Under the pieces are notes generated by a model that was not told the origin of the DNA, did no database searches, and was given only the letters and a program-made list of their open reading frames with translations. The translations under genes were made by a program, and so were the position numbers. A stretch of DNA of 64,000 nt from contig JAINCQ010000028.1 of the NCBI GenBank assembly GCA_036574205.1, forward strand, positions 64,001 to 128,000. Direction: 5' to 3'. The DNA is from Elusimicrobiota bacterium (GTDB taxonomy: Bacteria > Elusimicrobiota > Elusimicrobia > Elusimicrobiales > UBA9959). Shown here in pieces: positions 39,563-52,627 of the stretch. Position 1 is the first letter of the stretch; every line of letters begins with the position of its first letter.

Positions 39563-40984
39563 ATGGCTAATTTATTAAAAGAAATAACTTTTGGAACTGA
39601 TGGTTTCAGGGGAGTTATAGGCGGCGAATTTAATTACGAAAATATAAGAAAAATAGCTCAGGGCTTTTCTGACTGGCTTGCTTACAAAAAATTTAAGGGG
39701 CCAGGGTTTAAAGTTTTTGTGGGATATGATAGAAGGTTTCTTTCGGATAAATTTGCAAGAGAATTTGCTATTGTTCTTGTAAATAATGATATTGATTGTA
39801 CTCTTTCTAAGACTCCTGTCCCAACCCCAATGGTGAGTTATCTTACGACTAAAGATTATACGTTTGGTATTATGATAACAGCAAGCCACAATAATTATAT
39901 TTATAACGGGGTAAAAATAAAATATAAAGGACAAAGTATTGCCCCACATATGACTGCCGAGATAGAAGTTTATGTAGCTAAAAATTTTAAGAGCTATGTT
40001 TCACGAATTCCTAAAAAAAGCATTTTAGAAATTGATCTTAGAAAGGAGTATACTGATTATATTGATAAAAAGTTTAATTTGAGAAGTATTTTTTCTAAAA
40101 TAAAAGGCAAAGTGGTTTTTGACCTTATGTTTGGCTCATCAGCAGAAGTTTTTAATATGGTTTTTGATGGGTTTAAAAATATAGTTACTATAAATTCAGA
40201 GCATGATCCACTTTTTGGAGAGTATGGTTCGCCTGAACCTGTAGAGAAAAGACTTATGAGGCTTAAGGAAGAGGTGAAAAAGCAAAAAGCCATTTGTGGA
40301 TTTGCGCTTGATGGAGATGGTGATAGATTTGCTGTTATAGATGAATATGGAAATTATCTTTCTCCTGCTCAAATAGCCCCAATGTTCCTTGAATATCTTA
40401 TAAATTTCAAGAAGATGAAGGGCAGGGTGGTTCAGGCGGTTTCTTTAGGTTTTTTGACTCAAAGAATAGCAAGAGCAAATAATCTACTTTTTGAATTTGT
40501 CCCGGTTGGATTTAAATACATAGCATCAAGAATATCAGATGGAGGAGTATTATTTGGTGCGGAAGAATCAGGAGGATATTCGTGGCATGGAAATATTCCA
40601 GAGAGAGATGGGATTATATCTTCATTAATGATACTTGAGATGGTTGTTAATTTAAAGAAAAGTGTAAGGGAGATTTATCGTGATATAGAAAAAAAATATG
40701 GAAGTTCAAGTTTTATTAGAGAGGATTTTCCGATATCTAAGATTACTAATTCTAAATATTCCTTTGCAATGAAGATAAAATCAAAACTTCCTAAAACTAT
40801 TATGGGTAAAGCTATAGGAGAAATTATAACCTTTGATGGGATAAGGGTAATTCTTGAAAATGATTGGTGGTTTCTTATAAGACCAAGCGGCACAGAGCCG
40901 CTTTTGAGAATATATGTTGAAACTGATAATTTGAAAAATTCAAATGCTTTAATGAAATTTGCAAAGAGCCTTTCCGTTTTTTGA
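39563..40984 (+). CDS. Phosphoglucomutase/phosphomannomutase
   Basis: FGTDGFRG, ITASHN, DGDGDR, EESGG, RPSGTEP. Confidence 0.92.
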   Translation: MANLLKEITFGTDGFRGVIGGEFNYENIRKIAQGFSDWLAYKKFKGPGFKVFVGYDRRFLSDKFAREFAIVLVNNDIDCTLSKTPVPTPMVSYLTTKDYTFGIMITASHNNYIYNGVKIKYKGQSIAPHMTAEIEVYVAKNFKSYVSRIPKKSILEIDLRKEYTDYIDKKFNLRSIFSKIKGKVVFDLMFGSSAEVFNMVFDGFKNIVTINSEHDPLFGEYGSPEPVEKRLMRLKEEVKKQKAICGFALDGDGDRFAVIDEYGNYLSPAQIAPMFLEYLINFKKMKGRVVQAVSLGFLTQRIARANNLLFEFVPVGFKYIASRISDGGVLFGAEESGGYSWHGNIPERDGIISSLMILEMVVNLKKSVREIYRDIEKKYGSSSFIREDFPISKITNSKYSFAMKIKSKLPKTIMGKAIGEIITFDGIRVILENDWWFLIRPSGTEPLLRIYVETDNLKNSNALMKFAKSLSVF

Positions 40985-41008
40985 TTTGTAAATGGAGCAG
41001 GAGGAATT

Positions 41009-42208
41009 ATGAATAGAGGTAATAAGCTTATATCGTCTGAGTCTGTTACTGAAGGACATCCTGATAAGGTATGCGATCAGATATCTGATGCTGTGCTTGA
41101 TAATGTGATTATAAATGACGAAAAAAGAGAGTTTGCAAGAGTTGCGTGTGAAACTTTTATCACTCGTGGAATGGTTATAGTGGGTGGAGAGATTACAACC
41201 GGAGCCTGGGTTGATGTTGAGGAATTAGTGAGAAAAGTTGTTAAGGATATCGGATATACTGACAATAGATATGGTTTTAATTATGAAAACTGCGCTGTAT
41301 TAAATTGTATAGGGAGGCAATCTCCTGATATAGCCCAGGGCGTTAATAGAGGTGGAGCGGGTGATCAAGGGTTGATGGTTGGATATGCCTGTGATGAAAC
41401 ACCACAGTTTATGCCGCTTCCAATAATGCTTGCGCATAAACTTGTGATGAGGCTTAAAGAGGTTAGAGAAAAAAAGATTCTTGATTATTTAGGTCCTGAT
41501 GGAAAATCTCAGGTGACAGTTGAGTATAAAGACGGAAAACCATACAGGATAGATGCTGTTGTGCTTTCTACCCAGCATCTTGATACCATATTGGATTCAT
41601 CGGGCGAGCAAATAACCAGGCAAGCACGTGATGAAATAGAAAAGCATATAATAGATCATGTTCTTAAAGATAGTGGACTTATGTATGAATCCACAAAAAT
41701 ATTTATTAATCCAACTGGAAAATTTGTTGTTGGTGGTCCGCAATCAGATACCGGAATGACCGGAAGAAAAATAATAGTTGATACATATGGTGGTATAGCC
41801 CCTCATGGTGGGGGAGCTTTTTCAGGTAAAGATCCAACTAAAGTTGACAGATCCGCAGCATATATGGCAAGATATATAGCAAAAAATATAGTTGCCAGTG
41901 GTGCTGCGAAAGAATGTACTGTTCAGATAGCCTATGCAATAGGGGTTGCTGAGCCAGTTGGTCTTTATATAGATACTCATGGCACAGGTCAGATTGATGA
42001 TCAGGATCTTGTGAAAATAGTAAAAAAGAATTTTGATTTAACACCAAGAGGAATAATAAGGGATCTTAACCTTTTAAGACCTATTTACAGGAAAACGGCG
42101 GCATTTGGCCATTTTGGGAGGGAGCTTGAAGAATTTAGCTGGGAAAAAACTGATAAAAAACATATATTTGATGGGAAAAAGGTTGAGAAAAGAAGCGCTA
42201 AACTTTAA
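41009..42208 (+). CDS. metK: S-adenosylmethionine synthetase
   Basis: [26 protein letters not shown]. Confidence 0.98.
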   Translation: MNRGNKLISSESVTEGHPDKVCDQISDAVLDNVIINDEKREFARVACETFITRGMVIVGGEITTGAWVDVEELVRKVVKDIGYTDNRYGFNYENCAVLNCIGRQSPDIAQGVNRGGAGDQGLMVGYACDETPQFMPLPIMLAHKLVMRLKEVREKKILDYLGPDGKSQVTVEYKDGKPYRIDAVVLSTQHLDTILDSSGEQITRQARDEIEKHIIDHVLKDSGLMYESTKIFINPTGKFVVGGPQSDTGMTGRKIIVDTYGGIAPHGGGAFSGKDPTKVDRSAAYMARYIAKNIVASGAAKECTVQIAYAIGVAEPVGLYIDTHGTGQIDDQDLVKIVKKNFDLTPRGIIRDLNLLRPIYRKTAAFGHFGRELEEFSWEKTDKKHIFDGKKVEKRSAKL

Positions 42209-43483
<1,275 letters not shown>

Positions 43484-43494
43484 AGGGGGAATAT

Positions 43495-43839
43495 ATGAGG
43501 TTCTTTATAGTAGAGGATAATTCTTACACTGCTTTAACTGTAAGGATAGCTCTTGAAAAAATGGGGCATGAGGTTATTGGAAATGCTGAAAACTCGGAGG
43601 AGGCAATTGAAAAAATAATGAAAACTGATTTTGATGCTCTTCTTTTAGATCTTCTTCTGCCCGGTGAAAGTGGCATTAAGGTGCTTGATAATCTTAACAA
43701 AAAGGTTAAGGTTATTGCAATGACTGCGCTTGAGCAGGATAAGATAGATGAGGAGCTTAATAAAAGAAAAGTTGATTTTATTTTGAGAAAACCATTTTCA
43801 TATGAGGATCTTGAAAAAGCTGTCAAAAAAATTGTATGA
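43495..43839 (+). CDS. CheY-like response regulator
   Basis: IVED, LLDLLLP, MTA, KPF. Confidence 0.85.
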   Translation: MRFFIVEDNSYTALTVRIALEKMGHEVIGNAENSEEAIEKIMKTDFDALLLDLLLPGESGIKVLDNLNKKVKVIAMTALEQDKIDEELNKRKVDFILRKPFSYEDLEKAVKKIV

Positions 43840-44381
43840 AAGAAAAAATAGAATTGATAGAGGATATTGTTCAAAATGGGCTTAACAGCTCTATTGATAG
43901 AATAAACAGAATTTCTTCTTTTAAATGGGAAATAAAAGATATAGAATTTAAACTTTCTAAAGATGACTTTGATTGTATTTGTGTTTATCTAATCGCATCT
44001 AATTTTAATAAAATAGCCTTTTCGCTTTTTATAAAAACCTCAGATTTGCCTGCGCTGTTTAAAGATTTTTCAGGTCATTTATCCAACTATCTGATGAGGA
44101 TTCCAAAGGTATATGAGGTACTGGCATCTGAGATAGGAAATATTATAATGAACTCTGTTTTAAGTGAACTGGCTAATAGAATGAATAAAGCCATAATCCC
44201 TGATGTGCCAAGAACACTTTCAGGTTCAAAATCTTTTCTTCTTGAAAATATCTCCGCAATGATAGAGGAAAATAAAAATAAAACTGTTATATCCTCGGTG
44301 GTATCAGTTAAAACAGAACAGAAGAATGTTAAAATAGAATTATATTTCTTTTTTGAAAATGATATTATGGACAATATATGA
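43836..44381 (+). CDS. CheC-like phosphatase
   Basis: SEIGNI motif, P..P; overlaps the CheY-like gene. Confidence 0.6.
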   Translation: MKEKIELIEDIVQNGLNSSIDRINRISSFKWEIKDIEFKLSKDDFDCICVYLIASNFNKIAFSLFIKTSDLPALFKDFSGHLSNYLMRIPKVYEVLASEIGNIIMNSVLSELANRMNKAIIPDVPRTLSGSKSFLLENISAMIEENKNKTVISSVVSVKTEQKNVKIELYFFFENDIMDNI

Positions 44382-44863
44382 TTAAATTTTTTTGCTTGAT
44401 TTTTATTTCACAGGCATTAAATGCACAAAATTTTACTTTTTCTCTTGAGAAAAGCAAAATTGGAATAAAAGCCAAGCCAAAATATGATACGGTTAGCAGT
44501 GTGATCATCAATTCAAATAACGTTAAACATAATTACAGGATAAAGATAACTGCCAGAAATGATACAAAAAAAGATATTACAGCCATAATATTAAGATATT
44601 CTTTTAAATTGACTCTCAAAAAACACGAGAAAATAATTCAAACAATTTCTCTTTATTCAAGTGGTTTAAGAATTTCTGAAATTAAGGCAGGAAAAGAAAA
44701 GGTTGTTTTTATATACGAATTAAAGAATGTATTTGATCAATTAAAAAGATTTCTTGAAAGCGGATATGAACCGCTTGATCTTGTTGTTGATATTATGAAA
44801 GAGCCAAAAAGAAATGAGGATTTTGTTTCTTATTCGGTTGCTTTCCCGTTGAAGGTTGATTAA
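44378..44863 (+). CDS. Exported hypothetical protein
   Basis: Signal peptide; coupled to the upstream gene. Confidence 0.6.
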   Translation: MIKFFCLIFISQALNAQNFTFSLEKSKIGIKAKPKYDTVSSVIINSNNVKHNYRIKITARNDTKKDITAIILRYSFKLTLKKHEKIIQTISLYSSGLRISEIKAGKEKVVFIYELKNVFDQLKRFLESGYEPLDLVVDIMKEPKRNEDFVSYSVAFPLKVD

Positions 44864-44897
44864 AATCAGTTTGAAATCAATTTTTTTGTGAGGTTAT

Positions 44898-46172
44898 ATG
44901 ATAGATATAAAAATAATTAGAAATTCTCCTGAAATGGTTAAAGATTCCATAGTTAAAAGAGGCGGGAGATATTTAAAAACATTTGAAGAACTTATTGAAA
45001 AAGATGAAAAATGGAGGCAATCTCTTAAAGAAGTTGAGGAACTTAGAAATAAAAGAAATGAAGTAGCAAAAAAAATATCTTCTTATAAGGTAAAAAAGAC
45101 CGAACCTCCCAAAGAATTTCTGGATGAGGCAGCAAATATAAAAGCTACCATAGCTAGAAAAGAAGAGAATTTGAAGGTATTTGAAAATGAAGTATCTCAA
45201 CTGCTTCTTTCTATTCCAAATATAATAGATTCAACTGTGCCTACTGGAAATAGCGAAGAAGATAACAAAGTAGTTTATGAAGATATTTCCAATAAAAGAG
45301 AATTTTCTTTTAAACCACTTAGCCATTATGAAATAGGTGAGAAACTTTCAATACTTGATTTTGATTGCGCAGCAAAGCTTAGCGGATCAAGGTTTGCTCT
45401 TCTTAAAGGAAAAGGTGCAAAGCTTGAGCGCGCTTTAATACAGTTTATGCTTGATCTTCATACTCAAAATGGATATACTGAAATATTTCCTCCGTTTCTG
45501 GTTACAAGAAAAACCATGACTGGAACTGGTCAACTTCCAAAATTTGAAGAAGATCTTTATAAAGTTGTTTCTGATCCTGAGCTATTTTTAATACCTACGG
45601 CTGAGGTCCCATTAACCAATATGTATATGGATAGTGTAATTGATGAAGAACTTCTTCCACTTAAATTTACAGCATATACCGCTTGCTTTAGACAGGAAGC
45701 AGGTAGTTATGGAAAAGATACTAAAGGGCTTATACGAAATCATCAGTTTAACAAAGTTGAGCTTGTATGGATTACAACACCGGATTACTCAATGACTGCT
45801 CTTGAAAAAATGAGAGAGGATGCTGAATTAGTTCTAAAACTTTTGAAACTTCCTTATAGAGTTATTGAGCTTTGTTCATTTGATCTTGGATTTGCTTCAT
45901 CAAAGACTTATGATCTTGAGGTGTGGTTACCCTCAGAAAAGAGGTTCAGGGAAATATCCTCCTGCTCAAATTGCAAAGATTTTCAGGCACGAAGGATGAA
46001 TACTAAATTTAAAAATTCTATGGGTAAGCTTGAATATGTTCATACACTTAATGGATCAGGACTTGCCGTTGGAAGAACATTTGCTGCTATACTTGAAAAT
46101 TATCAAAATTCAGATGGTAGCGTAACTGTGCCTGAGGTTTTAAGAAAATACACAGGGTTTGATAAAATATGA
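44898..46172 (+). CDS. serS: Serine--tRNA ligase
   Basis: GTGQLPKF, LIPTAEV, CFRQEAG, HQFNKVE, EISSCSN, NGSGLAVGR. Confidence 0.98.
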   Translation: MIDIKIIRNSPEMVKDSIVKRGGRYLKTFEELIEKDEKWRQSLKEVEELRNKRNEVAKKISSYKVKKTEPPKEFLDEAANIKATIARKEENLKVFENEVSQLLLSIPNIIDSTVPTGNSEEDNKVVYEDISNKREFSFKPLSHYEIGEKLSILDFDCAAKLSGSRFALLKGKGAKLERALIQFMLDLHTQNGYTEIFPPFLVTRKTMTGTGQLPKFEEDLYKVVSDPELFLIPTAEVPLTNMYMDSVIDEELLPLKFTAYTACFRQEAGSYGKDTKGLIRNHQFNKVELVWITTPDYSMTALEKMREDAELVLKLLKLPYRVIELCSFDLGFASSKTYDLEVWLPSEKRFREISSCSNCKDFQARRMNTKFKNSMGKLEYVHTLNGSGLAVGRTFAAILENYQNSDGSVTVPEVLRKYTGFDKI

Positions 46173-47371
46173 TATCCTTATTTAAATTTAATTTTATAAC
46201 TTTGCTTTTTTTATTCATTTTTAAATCTATTGCTTTGCCTCAGTTTATCACAAAAGATAATAAAGAGATAATGGAAAAGGCTTATGAAGGTATAGAGTAT
46301 ATATACAAAGTAAAACCTCAAAAAGCTGCAGAAAAATTTAAGCAATTGATTACAAAATATCCTGCTCATCCATTTGGCCACTTCGGGCTTGCAATGAGCA
46401 AATGGGCAGAGCTTGAATATCTTGAGGAAGAATCCTCCCCGAAGCTTTATGAGGAATATCATAATTTGACTGAAAAAGCGATAGAGGTTGGAAAGAGATG
46501 GGTTGAAAATAACCCTGATGATGCAAACGCCTATATGTGTCTTGGAGGAACATACGGACTTGGGGCGAGGTTATATGTAATGCAACACAGCTGGCTTAAA
46601 GCATATTTAAGCGGAAGAAAAGCAGTTAAATATATGAAAAAATCTCTTGAAATTGATCCGGAACTTTATGATGCATATTTAGGTCTTGGGCTTTGGGAAT
46701 ATTCAGCAGGGACTTTGCCAGGTGTTATAAAATGGCTTGCGAAACTTATAACAGGCGGTGATGCTAAAAAAGGAATAGATTATCTGAAATTATGCGCTGA
46801 AAAAGGTAGATTTAATGTTACAGCGTCCAAACTTTTACTTATTGAAATATGGACACAAACTGATAGTAAGTATTCTAATCCAAAATTGGCAGTTCAATGG
46901 GCAAAGGAGCTTATTAAAAAATATCCCAATCTTGCGCAGATGCAGTTTGTTCTTATAGTTGCATTATATGAAGCAAAAGAATATGATGAGGCTGAGAAGG
47001 AAATGCTTGAATATGAAAGAAGAATATCAGAAGGGATGGAGAGCTATTACCCGAAGTTTTACCCAAGGATTTATGTTTCCCTTGGAACTTTATATATGAT
47101 GAGAAGTAACTATGATAAGGCGCTTGATTATTTTTCAAAAGCCAGAGATTTTATAAAAAAAGAAGAACATCCAACAAGATGGTCTGTCTGGGGAGTGGCA
47201 AGAATTGGAAATATCTATGATTTGAAAGGTATGAGAGAAAAGGCTATTGAGGCATATAAAGAAGCGCTTGGATATAAAGATCAGTGGGGTTTTAAGGAAT
47301 ATATAGAGCAATACTTAAAAAAACCTTTTTCTCTTTCAATGTATATAGCAACTCAACTTCCTCCACCTTAA
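46169..47371 (+). CDS. Exported TPR-repeat protein
   Basis: Signal peptide; repeated A...Y...L..DP helices. Confidence 0.75.
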   Translation: MISLFKFNFITLLFLFIFKSIALPQFITKDNKEIMEKAYEGIEYIYKVKPQKAAEKFKQLITKYPAHPFGHFGLAMSKWAELEYLEEESSPKLYEEYHNLTEKAIEVGKRWVENNPDDANAYMCLGGTYGLGARLYVMQHSWLKAYLSGRKAVKYMKKSLEIDPELYDAYLGLGLWEYSAGTLPGVIKWLAKLITGGDAKKGIDYLKLCAEKGRFNVTASKLLLIEIWTQTDSKYSNPKLAVQWAKELIKKYPNLAQMQFVLIVALYEAKEYDEAEKEMLEYERRISEGMESYYPKFYPRIYVSLGTLYMMRSNYDKALDYFSKARDFIKKEEHPTRWSVWGVARIGNIYDLKGMREKAIEAYKEALGYKDQWGFKEYIEQYLKKPFSLSMYIATQLPPP

Positions 47372-47378
47372 AGAAAAT

Positions 47379-47807
47379 ATGAACTTAGAAGTTTCTTTAT
47401 ATCTTTTTGTAGCAATAATATGCTGGGGGTTTGGCGCTATATTTGACAAACTTACACTGCGATATTTTGATCCAGTATCTGCTTTTTATTCAAGAACTTT
47501 TATTATAATTGTCTTTTTTTCTATTTTTGTCTCAACAAGATTTTTAAAAACCATTAATGACTTAAAAATAGCTTCAAAGTCAGGTTTGATTTATATATCT
47601 TTGAGCGTTATAGTTGCTATGGTTGGAGTTTTTGCGTATTTAAAGGCGATGAGTTTTTCGGAAGCTTCAAGAATAGTGCCTATCTCATCTACTTATCCCC
47701 TTGTGACTTTTATAATTGCCGTTTTATTTCTTGGTGAAAGTTTCACATTAACAAAACTAATAGGTACAATTTTTGTAATACTTGGAGTATATTTTATTTC
47801 AAAATAA
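47379..47807 (+). CDS. EamA-family transporter (single domain)
   Basis: WG, ASRIVPI...P, LFLGE, KLIG. Confidence 0.85.
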   Translation: MNLEVSLYLFVAIICWGFGAIFDKLTLRYFDPVSAFYSRTFIIIVFFSIFVSTRFLKTINDLKIASKSGLIYISLSVIVAMVGVFAYLKAMSFSEASRIVPISSTYPLVTFIIAVLFLGESFTLTKLIGTIFVILGVYFISK

Positions 47808-47810
47808 CAT

Positions 47811-48086
47811 ATGTCAATTGTTACAATAAAAGTTTATACCACATTAAAGGAAAAACTTGGTTTTGATCAAAAAGAGGTTGAAGCCATAAATTTAAAACAG
47901 GCTATTTTAAAAGTTATTTCAAATAATAAAGAAGTTAAAAAAATTCTTTTTGAAAGTCCATATAAAATTAAGAACTATTTTGTAATCACATTAAACTCTG
48001 AAGTTATTGATAACTCAAAGATATCCAGAATTAAATTATCAAAAGGAGATATAATAAACATATTTCCACCTGTTTCAGGAGGATAA
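47811..48086 (+). CDS. MoaD/ThiS sulfur carrier
   Basis: C-terminal FPPVSGG. Confidence 0.85.
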   Translation: MSIVTIKVYTTLKEKLGFDQKEVEAINLKQAILKVISNNKEVKKILFESPYKIKNYFVITLNSEVIDNSKISRIKLSKGDIINIFPPVSGG

Positions 48087-48087
48087 T

Positions 48088-48936
48088 GTGGAGGATATTT
48101 TAAAAATACAAAAAAATGAGATAACCGAACATTATGTATATGCTAAACTTGCGGAGATTGTAAAAAAAGATGAGCATAAAAAAATACTTTTACAAATTTC
48201 AAAAGATGAACTTGAACATTATAATATATTGAAGGAAATAACCTCCAAGGAAGTTGAACCATCTAAAATAAAAATATATTTATATACAATTATCTCTCAA
48301 TTGTTAGGACTTAATTTTGGACTTAAACTTATGGAGAGAAACGAAGTGGGTGCTGAGGAAATTTATAAAAAAAGCTCAAATATAAAATTAAGAAAACTTA
48401 TGGAATATGAAAAAGAACATGAGAATAAATTAATATCTATGATAGATGAAGAGATTCTTAATTATGTAAGCTCCATAGTTTTAGGCTTAAATGATGCTCT
48501 TGTTGAATTAAGTGGCGCTCTTACTGGATTTACACTTGCGCTTGGCAACTCAAAGATAGTTGCAATAGTTGGATTTATTACAGGTTTTGCCGCAAGCCTT
48601 TCTATGGGGGTTTCCAATTACCTTTCAATTAAAAATGATACTGATTTGAATAAACATCCAATAAAATCTGCTTTTTATACTTTTGGTGCCTATCTTTTTA
48701 CTGTAATTATTCTTATAACTCCATATTTTTTGTTTTCAAATGTTTATATATCCCTTTCAGCGGTTATAATTATGGTTATTGTAATTATAGCTATTTTTAA
48801 TTTTTACACTGCTATAGCAAGAAATCTTAATTTCAAAAAAAGATTTTTTGAAATGATTTCTTTAAGCATGTCTGTTGCTTTTATTAATTACATAATTGGG
48901 TATATAATAAAACAAAACTTTAATATTGATGTTTAG
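48088..48936 (+). CDS. Rubrerythrin-like + VIT1/CCC1 iron transporter
   Basis: ExxH motifs, then VLGLNDALVE and ASLSMGVS.YLS. Confidence 0.85.
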   Translation: MEDILKIQKNEITEHYVYAKLAEIVKKDEHKKILLQISKDELEHYNILKEITSKEVEPSKIKIYLYTIISQLLGLNFGLKLMERNEVGAEEIYKKSSNIKLRKLMEYEKEHENKLISMIDEEILNYVSSIVLGLNDALVELSGALTGFTLALGNSKIVAIVGFITGFAASLSMGVSNYLSIKNDTDLNKHPIKSAFYTFGAYLFTVIILITPYFLFSNVYISLSAVIIMVIVIIAIFNFYTAIARNLNFKKRFFEMISLSMSVAFINYIIGYIIKQNFNIDV

Positions 48937-49094
48937 TCTTTCTGCAAAATATCAGAAACATATTGAACATATTTAAGGTTGGAGAGTCGTAAAATGATAT
49001 TTGTAAATCTATTGAAAAGTGTGTAATAAAAACAGATATATCTCCAATAGCGGACTGATCGGGGCGGTCAGTTGAGGGTGTTTTTTTTAAAAAC

Positions 49095-49286
49095 AACATC
49101 CACTAATTTTATACGGTCATAATTAAACTGTGGATAATTGTTTTTTGGATTTTACCTTCCTTAGCTGGTCAATCTGTCCCTTCCCCTTTAAATTTATTTT
49201 CCTCTCCCTTGATGGGAGAGGATTAAGGTGAGGGTGAAAAAGAAGAGAAGGAATTTGACAGTTAAACCGTCACAGAAGGTAATATT
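49095..49286 (-). repeat. Third, inverted and partial copy of the dispersed element
   Basis: Reverse complement aligns to ~6728-7008 (AATATTACCTT..GACGGTTTAACTG, TCACCCTCACCTTAATCCTCTCCCATCAAGGGAGAGGAAAAT, TTATCCACAGTTTAA..AAAATTAGTGGATGTT). Confidence 0.85.
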
Positions 49287-49582
49287 GTGGTTAAGCTGTG
49301 GAAAGTTGTATTTTTGCCATCAGTATCAGAGGTTTAGAAAAAGGGACTGTATAAAACACCAATGGAGTTATACGGAGATTTTTCCCAAAAAAGACGGATT
49401 TTATAAATTATCAGAAGAAAGGTTAAAAGAGGTTGGAACCTGCTTAAAGACAGACCCGGAAAATGTCTGGGCTTTAAAACACCAGCAGAAATGTTTAATA
49501 CTTTTGTTGCACTTATTCCTTGAATCCACCAACTCTTACAGGTTATTTACTCTTTTCTTAAAAGTATGTATAATATGAAAAT

Positions 49583-50733
49583 ATGAAAAAAGTATCGTTT
49601 TCTTTAATAAGTGTGTTTATTTTGCCAGTTCTTCTTTTTTCGCAAATAAAAGAAGACGCTAAAAGCCTTAAAAATGAGTTAAAGAAAGGTTTTTTTTCCA
49701 CAGATATACAAAAGCCAGTGAAAATTGCAGTGATGGATTTTGATGAGAAGTCTGAGGATGCAAAAAAATCTAAAGCTGGCGCTGTTTTCCCATCAGCTTT
49801 AGCTGAACAGTTTATAAAAGATTCTGATTTTATTGTGGCTGAGAGGCAAAAACTTGAAAGTGTATTTAAGGAATTAAAACTTTCTGCTTCTGGGGTGATA
49901 GATCAAAAAGAATTAAAAAGAACCGGTTTAATTTTAGGTGTTGATTGGCTTGTGGTTGGGGATATCTCAGATTCTGGTGAAGATTTTTTGGTTCAGGCAA
50001 GGATTGTAAATGTTGAAACAGGAGTTGCTGTTTCAGCTGGTAGTGTTATGATTGAAAGGACCAGGCTGATAAAAGAAAGCGAGGAGTATTTTTCAAAAAA
50101 GTATAGAACTGTATTTTATCTTAGTTATGGTAATCTAAATATAGAAGATATTAAATTTAACCCAGGTATAATTACTGCACAGATAAGAAGAAAATTCGGT
50201 AAAATTATTCATTTGGTTTTGGAATATCTCAAAATCTTGTAGAAAATAAGAAGGTATACAAAGCAGATATAATTTCCGTCAATTATGTCGGAGGTAATTA
50301 CAATACTGTTTTCCGTGAAACATTTAAATCTGCTTTTATTCTTAATACAGATATAGATTGCACTAAAAAAATAGTTGGCTTAAACTGGAAAGGAGCAATA
50401 GGTCTTTCTTTTAATATTCTAACAGCTAAACAAGAATATTTTTCTCCAGATTTTAGTGGATTTGGAGGTGATGGTAGATTGTCTTATAGAATTCCTGCTT
50501 CTTATGACCATAAATATTATGTCCCTTCTTTAGATTTGAAGGCTTCTATTGAAAAGGAAATTTCTGGTTCTTTTATATTTGGGGTGGAAACGAGGTATTC
50601 CTTTATTTCCTTCAAAAGGGAAATGAAGCCGGGAGATGAAAATTCACTTTTAAAGTCATATGCTGAGACTTTGAATAAGAAAATAAATACTTCAGCTTTT
50701 TATATAGGACTTAAAGCAGGTTTTGGGTTTTGA
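49583..50733 (+). pseudogene. CsgG/FlgO-like periplasmic domain + outer-membrane beta-barrel; frameshift at ~50201-50204
   Basis: IAVMDF, AERQKL..ELKLSASG, ARIVNVETG. One extra A in GGT AAAA TTA joins an open frame through the 50479 ORF, ending GLKAGFGF (beta-signal). Confidence 0.7.
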
Positions 50734-50755
50734 TAATATTGGTTTAAAACTTATC

Positions 50756-51172
50756 TTACTCTCCGATAATTTTAATTAAAATTCTTTTTGGCCTTTGTCC
50801 GTCAAATTCGCCGTAGAATATCTGCTCCCACGGACCAAAATCAAGTTTCCCATTTGTAACCGCCACCACTACTTCCCTTCCCATAATGGTTCTTTTTAGA
50901 TGCGCATCTCCATTGTCTTCACCGGTTTCATTATGATGATATCCTTGTTTTGAATATGGAGCAAGTTTTTCAAGCCATTTTAAAAAATCTTTATGAAGTC
51001 CTCTTTCATTATCGTTTATAAATACACTTGCAGTTATATGCATTGCATTTACCAGACAAAGCCCCTCTTTTATCCCGGATTTTCTTACTTCTTTTTCTAC
51101 TATATCTGTTATGTTTGTTATCTCATATCTCTCTTTTGTATTCATAGTGATATAGGAAGTATGAGATTTCAT
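50756..51172 (-). CDS. yjbQ: YjbQ/UPF0047 family protein
   Basis: [25 protein letters not shown]. Confidence 0.9.
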   Translation of the reverse strand: MKSHTSYITMNTKERYEITNITDIVEKEVRKSGIKEGLCLVNAMHITASVFINDNERGLHKDFLKWLEKLAPYSKQGYHHNETGEDNGDAHLKRTIMGREVVVAVTNGKLDFGPWEQIFYGEFDGQRPKRILIKIIGE

Positions 51173-51187
51173 TGTTCCTCCGGTTTT

Positions 51188-52627
51188 TTAAAGTTTTTTA
51201 AGAATGTCTATCACTATTTTAGGATTTGCTTTTCCTCTTGATTGTTTCATTACATATCCAATAATTGGTCCTGTGGCTTTGTCATTTCCTGATTTAAAAT
51301 CTTCAAAAGCTTTTTTGTTTAGTTCTATTGCGTCTTTAACCCATTTTTCTATCTCTTTTAGATCGTTTGTCTGTTTTAAGCCTAAACTGTCTAGAAGGAT
51401 TTTAGGGCTTTGCTTTGTTTTAATAGAATGTTCAAATAATTTTTTAGATCCCTGACTTGTTATCTCGTTTTTTGAAATTAATTCAGCTATTTCATATATA
51501 TACTCTGGAGAAATTGTTTTAAATTCTATTTCATTGTCTTCTATCTTGTTTTCATTAATATAAGCAAGAAGCTGGGTGTTTATAATGTTTAGGGAATTTT
51601 TTAGAATTTGAATATCTTTTGTTAATTGAAGTATTTTTGAAAAGTAGTTATTTAAATATTTATTTGATGTTATTGTTTCTATGTCGTCTTCTTTAAGTTT
51701 ATATTCTGATATATATTGTTCTTTTATTTCGCATGGTAATTTTCCTATATTTCTTTTTATATCATCAATTAAATTTTGAGGGATATTTAAAGGGATTAAG
51801 TCAGGATCTGGAAAGTATCTATAATCACAAGCCATTTCTTTACTGCGCATTGTTATGGTTTGCTGTTTTACCGCATCCCATAATCTTGTTTCGTGTTCTA
51901 TTTTTTCACCTTTTGAAAGTAACTCGCTTTGCCTTTTAATTTCATAGTTTAATGCGTCTTTTACCGCTTTAAAAGAATTAAGATTTTTTATTTCAACCTT
52001 AGTTCCAAAATTTTTATCTCCTTTATGTCTTAAAGAGATATTAACATCACACCTAAGTTCACCTTTTTCCATATCACAGTTAGATACATCAATCCATTTA
52101 AGCAATTTTTTTAACTCAACAAGGTATTCATAAGCTTCATCAGCTGATGAAATATCGGGCTCAGTTACTATTTCTACAAGCGGCACACCGCATCTGTTAA
52201 AATCTATTAAGCTATAATCAAGTTTCTGGCTTCCTATAGCGTGAAGTGACTTTCCTGCATCTTCTTCAAGATGAGCTCGTTTAATTCTTATTTCTTTTCC
52301 TGAGATTTTTATTCTTCCATTTTCACAAATAGGGTTTTCATATTGCGAGATCTGATACCCCTTTGGAAGATCTGGATAAAAATAATTTTTCCTTGCAAAA
52401 ACAGAAAAATTATTTATTTTAGAATTTAGCGCAACACCTATTTTAATTGCCATCTCTATAGCTTTTTTGTTTGGAAGGGGCAACGATCCGGGTTGTCCTG
52501 AGCAAATTGGGCAGATTGAGGAGTTTGCCGGTGAGTTATAGTCTACAATCTCACATCTACAAAACATTTTAGTTTTAGTTTTTAGCTGAGTATGTATTTC
52601 AAGGCCTATTACTGGTTCAAAATCCAT
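51188..52627 (-). CDS. gatB: Asp/Glu-tRNA amidotransferase subunit B
   Basis: IGLEIH, RKNYFYPDLPKGYQISQ, HLEEDAGK, YRYFPDPDL. Confidence 0.98.
   Translation of the reverse strand: MDFEPVIGLEIHTQLKTKTKMFCRCEIVDYNSPANSSICPICSGQPGSLPLPNKKAIEMAIKIGVALNSKINNFSVFARKNYFYPDLPKGYQISQYENPICENGRIKISGKEIRIKRAHLEEDAGKSLHAIGSQKLDYSLIDFNRCGVPLVEIVTEPDISSADEAYEYLVELKKLLKWIDVSNCDMEKGELRCDVNISLRHKGDKNFGTKVEIKNLNSFKAVKDALNYEIKRQSELLSKGEKIEHETRLWDAVKQQTITMRSKEMACDYRYFPDPDLIPLNIPQNLIDDIKRNIGKLPCEIKEQYISEYKLKEDDIETITSNKYLNNYFSKILQLTKDIQILKNSLNIINTQLLAYINENKIEDNEIEFKTISPEYIYEIAELISKNEITSQGSKKLFEHSIKTKQSPKILLDSLGLKQTNDLKEIEKWVKDAIELNKKAFEDFKSGNDKATGPIIGYVMKQSRGKANPKIVIDILKKL

Noticed and set aside
49228..49578. 116-aa ORF
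   Set aside because: Starts inside the dispersed repeat; no recognisable motif or start signal.
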